A stretch of DNA of 62,375 nucleotides, counting the filler, from Globobulimina sp. (lineage: Eukaryota), in assembly GCA_003354225.1 (NCBI GenBank). It is 38 parts of 38 records of this genome, joined end to end, with 100 filler letters (N's around TTAATTAATTAA, not from the genome) between each part and the next. Parts side by side here need not be neighbours in the genome. Positions count along the whole stretch, not along the records: positions 55,904 to 57,446 come from PIVH01015049.1; positions 57,547 to 59,089 come from PIVH01015050.1; positions 59,190 to 60,732 come from PIVH01015051.1; positions 60,833 to 62,375 come from PIVH01015052.1; 34 more parts are not named here. One strand, 5' to 3'. Positions 55,904 to 62,375 of this stretch are shown piece by piece (position 1 is the first letter of the stretch; each line of letters begins with the position of its first letter). Under the pieces are notes generated by a model. It ran no database searches and was not told where the DNA came from. It saw nothing but the letters and a program-made list of their open reading frames with translations. Made by a program: the position numbers and the translations under genes.

Positions 55904-57446
55904 CAGAGGCGCCTCTTGTTTCTGGCTTTGTCGGTGGTTTCAACCAATCGGAGAAATCTTCATACAATGTTTCATTTTTTAGAAACACTCTTACAATTTC
56001 ATTATGTAATGATATATTAATTGAATATTTCTCCCTAAATGTTTTCTTATTTGCTTTAAATGAATTAAATATCTTTGCTGATTCCACCAAATAAAGTAAC
56101 TCCGCTTTGAATAATTTGTATCCTCTCAATCCTTTATCAATTGCAGCTATATCATCGGGGAAACATTTATTATGATGCTCAAAAATTAATTTTTGTTCAT
56201 CATATGCATACTCATTAATATATTTTGATAATTCTGTTTTCTTTTTTGCATCATTACGAATTCTCAGAATATCTTTAATTATATCAACATGCTGCTTAAA
56301 ATGATATACTTTACCACATAATATATCAATTTTATCCCATTTTATTGTTTCATGTAATGAATCTCTAAATGTTTGTAATAAATATAAACAATTTTCTTTC
56401 TCATATTCAATAAATTCTTCTCTCTTTACATGCTTAGCAATCAATGCTTTTCTTTCACCGAAATGAGGCAATCTGACCGTGATATCGTTATTTATATATG
56501 GTCCCATTGGATGATCACAACCATTGGTTTTACAATGAAACGGAACACCACCAAACATATATTCCTCTGCTTTCTGACTATCACCAATGATTTCACACTG
56601 TTTAACCGCTCGTTCATTATCATAATGATACCATGTTTTACATCTATCACATTGTATCATATTCCGCCATAAATACTGGTCACATCCACACACACCACAA
56701 TGTTCACTGTTTTTAGATAATAGCACTGAATAATTTAATGTGTGCGTATCAGCTTTCTCTTTCAATGCATTCCATTCTGCTGTTTTATTCCTTACTTTCT
56801 CATCTTTAAAAATATAATGTTTTTTAATTTTTTGTTTAGTTTCTAAATCAATAAATTTTGTAATTGAATGTTCTTCAAATTGGATGGATGCAGTCGCAAA
56901 GAAGTCTGATTTTAATTGAGCTGGTATTACATGATCAGTGTTGCCTGATTTTATATCTTCTGTAAATACATTAATATATTTATCCAGTTTAACTTTGATT
57001 GTCTCAAATTTCTGAGGGAATAAATACAATGCAATTAAATCTGACTGAGCTTGTTTAGATATTGGAATAACTGTTGCATTCAATAAATCAGTAATAAATG
57101 ATTCAGCAACATATAAATCACCACAGGTTGCTATTGATTTGGTATGTTGATTGAGTCTGCCTTTTATTCGCGTTGTTGATAAATCCTTATCACAATGATG
57201 AATAATACCAGCCCAATTGGCAAAATATGCTCCAAATGAATTTGATAAATGTGCCACAAACTTTGTATCTGAAAATGATTTAAATGTAATATACAACCAA
57301 CCTAAATAACGTTCTAATTCATATTTCCGCTGTTTTGATCCAATGAATATATTCTGAATTAGCGACTGTCCTTGCAATACACGGAGATACCATAAACAAT
57401 TAGCTGCTGTCTGTCGTAAAATACAGTCAATCATAGTATTTTGTAA
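55904..57446 (-). CDS. PHD-finger-containing protein, partial
   Basis: CGVC...MIQCDRCKTWYH...C...FHCKTNGC. Open across the contig. Confidence 0.75.
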
Positions 57447-57546
57447 NNNNNNNNNNNNNNNNNNNNNNNNNNNNNNNNNNNNNNNNNNNNTTAATTAATT
57501 AANNNNNNNNNNNNNNNNNNNNNNNNNNNNNNNNNNNNNNNNNNNN

Positions 57547-57901
57547 TGGCGGCCTTGTTCAATATCAAATGAGGCTCTGATTTTCCTCTGAAGGTCAAAC
57601 AAGTGCCTGCGAACAAACATATGTCGAACATGTTGAGCTGGGTTCGCGGCATTGGAATATTACATGTTGTGTGGAGAAGGAGTTTGTGAACAATAAACGA
57701 TCGTTCCTTCCATATCTTATTTTTGCATTATCCATCCTTATATCGACCACATTTAATGTGTTGAAGTTTATTGTAAAAAAATTATTGTTAAAAGTAGAGG
57801 AAAAAATTGAAGAAGTTAAAGGTAATACAATAGTTCAAAGCACAAATCAGTCATTGGAAGATTTGGAATTAGATCCAGATATTCATATATCTGAACAATA
57901 A
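57547..57901 (+). CDS. Membrane protein C-terminus
   Basis: TM segment FLPYLIFALSILIST, acidic tail. Confidence 0.45.
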
Positions 57902-58072
57902 TGAATCAGCTAAAAACGTCTTCTTTGTTTCTTTCTCTCTCTTTCTTTCTTCTTCAACGTATCCTTTCTTTGCTGTCAGGTAAATCAAGTGTTGTTTTCA
58001 ATTAAATTTGAATTTGTATCGTTTCAAACCCACACAAAAAAACCGTCGTCTCCCAAGTCCCAAGTGCTTTTA

Positions 58073-59089
58073 ATGGCACCTCTACGTTCATTGTTTCCCA
58101 GCAACTTCTGCCTTTTTTTGCTCTGTATCTCACACATTAATGCCCAATCTGAACAACCAGTAATACCCAATTATCCATTTTCAACAACAGGAGGATGGGC
58201 AAAAACAGGCACTATCACAGCATCAACATATGCTGGGTATTGTGTAACCGGCGCATGCTGGAGAATGAGTGGTGTTGCAAGAGCAACAGCCACAATATCT
58301 ACCGTTGGATACCATGACATAAAAATAACGATAGGTATTGAGTGGCAAATAATTTCATTTAAATTCACAAGTCACACGCAATTAACATCTGATAAAAATA
58401 TACACATACAGATCTTGCTGAAAATGGTCTTAAACAAAATGATAAATGTTTTCTTGCATTCAGACCAAGTTCCAGCGCATCACCCATTCAGTCCCCCTGT
58501 GTAGTCACCAAAGATTCGGGTGCACGGACAAACTGCCACATAGTACTACCAGATAATAGTAATTATAATGACAATGCACAATTTCAAATAATATTAGAAA
58601 ACGACAACAACAATGAATGTTATTGGGATAATTTACGTGTAGCTGGTATACCATACACAACAGCACCAACAAAAAAACCTACGCCTTGGCCAACCCCTCC
58701 ACCCACACCATCACCCACTCCCTCACCCACTCCATCGCCTACACCTTGGCCCACACCTTCGCCCACACCGTCACCCACTCCAACTCCTACAGCAGGTACC
58801 AGTGCCCCAACACCAGCACCAACACGATACCCTACTCCGTCACCCACACCTTCGCCCACACCGTCACCCACTCCCTCACCCACACCATCGCCTACACCTT
58901 CACCGACACCAAGTCCTACTCCAGCACCTACACAGAGCCCAACACCATCACCGACTCCCGCACCAACAAAATATCCCACACCGGCACCGACCAATGACCC
59001 TACGCCCGCTCCCACTAATAATCCAACGCCAGCACCCACACAAATACCCACTGCAGTAACGCAGTCACCAACGACATCACCCACCAATC
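58073..59089 (+). CDS. Secreted/surface protein with Cys-containing globular domain and Pro/Thr (TPSP) stalk; intron 58335-58411
   Basis: Signal peptide [20 protein letters not shown]. Spliced ITI-DLAENG...[10 protein letters not shown] then PTPSPTPSP repeats. Confidence 0.85.
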
Positions 59090-59189
59090 NNNNNNNNNNN
59101 NNNNNNNNNNNNNNNNNNNNNNNNNNNNNNNNNTTAATTAATTAANNNNNNNNNNNNNNNNNNNNNNNNNNNNNNNNNNNNNNNNNNNN

Positions 59190-59500
59190 ATAATTTGGCT
59201 GTAAATGCTGGGAATTTAATGGCCAAAATTTGGAATACATCGCGTTTAGTGTCAAATGATGATAATATTGGAAATATGGCAAATATTGGAATGCCAACAC
59301 AAAATGAAAGAGAGGCTTATATTATAAGAAAGGTTTTGTTTCATCAAGCCACCAAAAATGAAAAGTATGCATTTTTAGTGGTTGGTGAATGGAATGGCGT
59401 TTTTTATGCAAGAGTGAGTGCGCAAATATATAATCAATTGGAAGATTTTGAATGGTTAGCAAACAGTGTTATTGATATTCTTGCAAACCTACAGAAATAG
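59190..59500 (+). CDS. PLP-dependent class V aminotransferase (Egt2/isopenicillin epimerase-like) C-terminus
   Basis: MANIGMP...YARVSAQIYNQLEDFEWLA. Confidence 0.75.
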
Positions 59501-59582
59501 TGAAAATACAGAAAGATTTTCGGGATGTTTTGTACAGTATTTTTTTAGTGTCAGAACTCAGAACAGTTTTTGAAGTTTGATC

Positions 59583-60732
59583 ATGGCTTCAAAAGATTCA
59601 GGCATTGATCATTCCTCTTTTGGATTTGCCAATAATCCATTTTTGCAGAAAATGGGGAAAAAACAAAAATCCAAAACCCGGGTACGAGGATTCACAGCGC
59701 CATCAAAATCAACTAAACCGCAAACAACGCAATTACCAAAACAATGGCCACCAAAACAAGAATCAAAATCGAAACTAAAATATGTAAGCCACAAAACTAT
59801 AACAACACCAAAATCACAACCAAAATCATTTGATAAACCAACACGTAAAAAAGCAGAGATAATTCGCGATGTAGATGACGATAAAAAAGAAACGGAAACA
59901 TTACAAAAAGAAATAGAAACATTAAAAACATCAAAAAATAACGAAATAAATCAATTAAAAAATACAATTGAACAACATGATAAATTACAAAATGCGCTAA
60001 ACGCTGATATTCAAAATAAAGATAAACAAATAACAAATTTGAAAATAAAAACACAAACTCTTCAAAAAGAGAGGTATGGAATTTATGCCATATACTAACA
60101 TCACATCAATGTTGCAGAATAGTGATAAAACAAATTATAAAGTGATAAAGTTGCAGAATTGCAAAATACCATTAAAGAGAATGCAAAAATGAATAATGAG
60201 TTAACCGATGAAATTAAAAAGAAAGAAATCCAAATTAAAGATTTAAAAACAAAGACAGAAACACAACAAAATTACAATAATAAAATACATGAATTACAAA
60301 ATGAAATTACGGTATATATTCACAGCTGGTTTCTATGATTAGAACCCATTTAAATACCCATTTCTTTGTCGAGTATATGGCGGCAATTTGGTTTGGACAC
60401 AATGTGCGTTCTGATCATAGAAACTCGTTATTGTACATGTAAAAACCTACAGATATTTGAAGAATCGCTTAAAGAAAAGGAGACTGTAAATAATACATTG
60501 AGACAAGAAATGGTTGCATTAAAAGCTAAACTTAAAAGCAAAGATTCAGAAATCACAGATTTAGCAAATAAACAAAATATTAATGACAGCAAATTAGAAA
60601 ATGAAATTGAAGCAAACAAGCAAGAAATTCATGAATTAAATGAAAAACATAACACTTTAAATGCAAAATATAATAAAATATTGACAGAAAATAAGTCATT
60701 AAACACTCAAATCGATGAATTCAACGAAAACG
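59583..60732 (+). CDS. Long coiled-coil protein with two introns, 3'-partial
   Basis: Heptad-rich exons. GAG|gtatgg..cag and ACG|gtatat..cag introns. Confidence 0.7.
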
Positions 60733-60832
60733 NNNNNNNNNNNNNNNNNNNNNNNNNNNNNNNNNNNNNNNNNNNNTTAATTAATTAANNNNNNNNNNNN
60801 NNNNNNNNNNNNNNNNNNNNNNNNNNNNNNNN

Positions 60833-61969
60833 GTAAAAAAAACTTGTTTTTAAAGTCTACAAAGTACCAAGTCATCCTGTTTATGGAAGGACGCGTAGAA
60901 GCAATATTTGAGACTGGTACATATTGTTTTATTGAAGATGATAAAGAGGATTTATATTGCATGATCATAGCGGAATTGTCACACGCAAAATACAAAATTA
61001 TTGATTTCTCAGAAATGCGACAACGTATTGTTGTGAAATCAAGTTTGACAACAATTGAAAATGAAGAAGATTTTGCAGCAGCAAAACAAAAACACGAACA
61101 ATATAAAATAAAAAAAAGGCAACACAAAACAAAGAGAAACCTACCCACCGTCAATGAAATAAAGTTAAAAACATTAAATATTCATCATTTAACAGCGCCA
61201 GAGCCAGAAACGCTTTTTGATTCATCCGAGAAGGAATTACAAAATGTAACCACTGATGGAAGTGACAACAGATATATTGTCTGTACTATTTGTTGCAATA
61301 TACGTTGTGTAGCCTGTATGATAGTTGTCTTTGGTACGTTGATGGCAGTATTTCTAGCTTTGGGTTATACGAAATGCCCCGATGGAACACATGTAGTTGA
61401 CGCAAATGCAAAAACAAATGATAATCCAAACAATTGTCTGAATGGATGTATTGTTAATGACACTTTTGAATGCGTGCCTTGGATAACCATGTCAGAATAC
61501 ATAATCACTGGCTATATTTGTGCGGCTTTATTCGTTTTGTACTGTTTTCTTTTAGCTTTTCAATGTACAAAGCATTGGACAGATGCGTGTAGCGAAATGA
61601 ATGGAGAATGTTGTACGTCTGCTTGGGTGAAGGCTGTTGTGGTCATTGTATTGTTTGGTGTATTGGGGGCTGGTATTATGATGATTGTAATGGGTAAGAA
61701 TATATATAATTATATAAATGTTTATAGAAATGCATGTTTTTGTATTTGTGTTATATATAAAAGGTTCATTAAAGTGTCCAGATGGCACATATATGCAAGA
61801 TGAGGATTCTTCAAAGTATAATCCAAATGAATGTATGGAATGTATTGATAAAGAAGACCAGTCGTGTCATTCAGTGATATTAAAGCCTGTTTTGGTTGTA
61901 TTTGGTAGCATTTTGACAATTTTAGGTTGTGGTGGAACGATATATATGGTATCTAGAAGCAATGGTTAG
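60833..61969 (+). CDS. 4-TM Cys-rich membrane protein with duplicated TM-KCPDGT-TM unit; intron 61694-61763; 5' part may be a chimeric join
   Basis: TKCPDGT and LKCPDGT loops, each between hydrophobic helices. Confidence 0.55.
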
Positions 61970-62375
61970 TGTTTCAAATCATTTTAAAATAATTGATTGT
62001 TATTGTACTGCACAATAAATTTAAGCTTGTAATAGAGAAATCTCTAACATCTATGCTATTGATTTCTGAGTAATTACAAACCACCAAAATATATCATATT
62101 AGAGTACTAGTTACTAAGTGACTTTATATTGTACAGGAAAATCAAAACGATTGTTTTTATACAAAAACGCTGTTCACAAATATTCTGCAATTCAGATTTG
62201 TGTACCAATATCATCTCCCACTACGATGAATTCATCATCCTCCATATTATTGATATTGTTTGTCAGCGCATCATTCCCTTCATCCGATTCACCATAAATT
62301 AGAAACTCATCGTCATTCCCATCACTTGTAAGAATTCCAATAGCCTGCGTTTCTTTATTCCGATTCAAATTATTT

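Noticed and set aside
58620-59087. GVG-repeat minus-strand ORF (elastin/silk-like) and His-rich + ORFs
   Set aside because: Shadows of the Pro/Thr stalk of the spliced secreted protein.

Overview
This window is not one locus. It is 38 unrelated, size-sorted contigs of 1543-1545 bp, joined by an artificial 100-bp spacer (N44-TTAATTAATTAA-N44), so nothing can be inferred across spacers. Most contigs are AT-rich eukaryotic DNA with short GT-AG introns, mostly 60-80 bp. The gene families (SPRY, DEP, BTB, Kelch, F-box-like, 7TM, RelA/SpoT-like, PT-repeat surface proteins) look like those of a foraminiferan or related rhizarian; this taxonomic call is inference. Recognisable genes include adenosine deaminase, an ABCC transporter, an SDR, a sulfotransferase, a divergent Hsp70, a thiolase, PGS1, RBX1, an EEP hydrolase, TOP2, mevalonate kinase, ATG101, a MATE transporter and an ICMT-like protein. 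Non-host DNA is mixed in: a phage contig (Gly-repeat ORF, ssb, Rnl2-type RNA ligase), a giant-virus VLTF3 fragment fused head-on to a truncated RBX1, and a CR1/L2-like retrotransposon end. Pseudogene lesions and abrupt intra-contig junctions (probably amplification chimeras) are common. The best leads are: lipid-anchored SPRY paralogues with a hypervariable 22-codon block, an intron-containing ankyrin-RelA/SpoT-like nucleotidyltransferase, the VLTF3/RBX1 junction, ultra-short intergenic gaps (MVK-ATG101, 9 bp), and the phage RNA ligase-SSB module. All calls come from motif recognition by eye; no searches were run.
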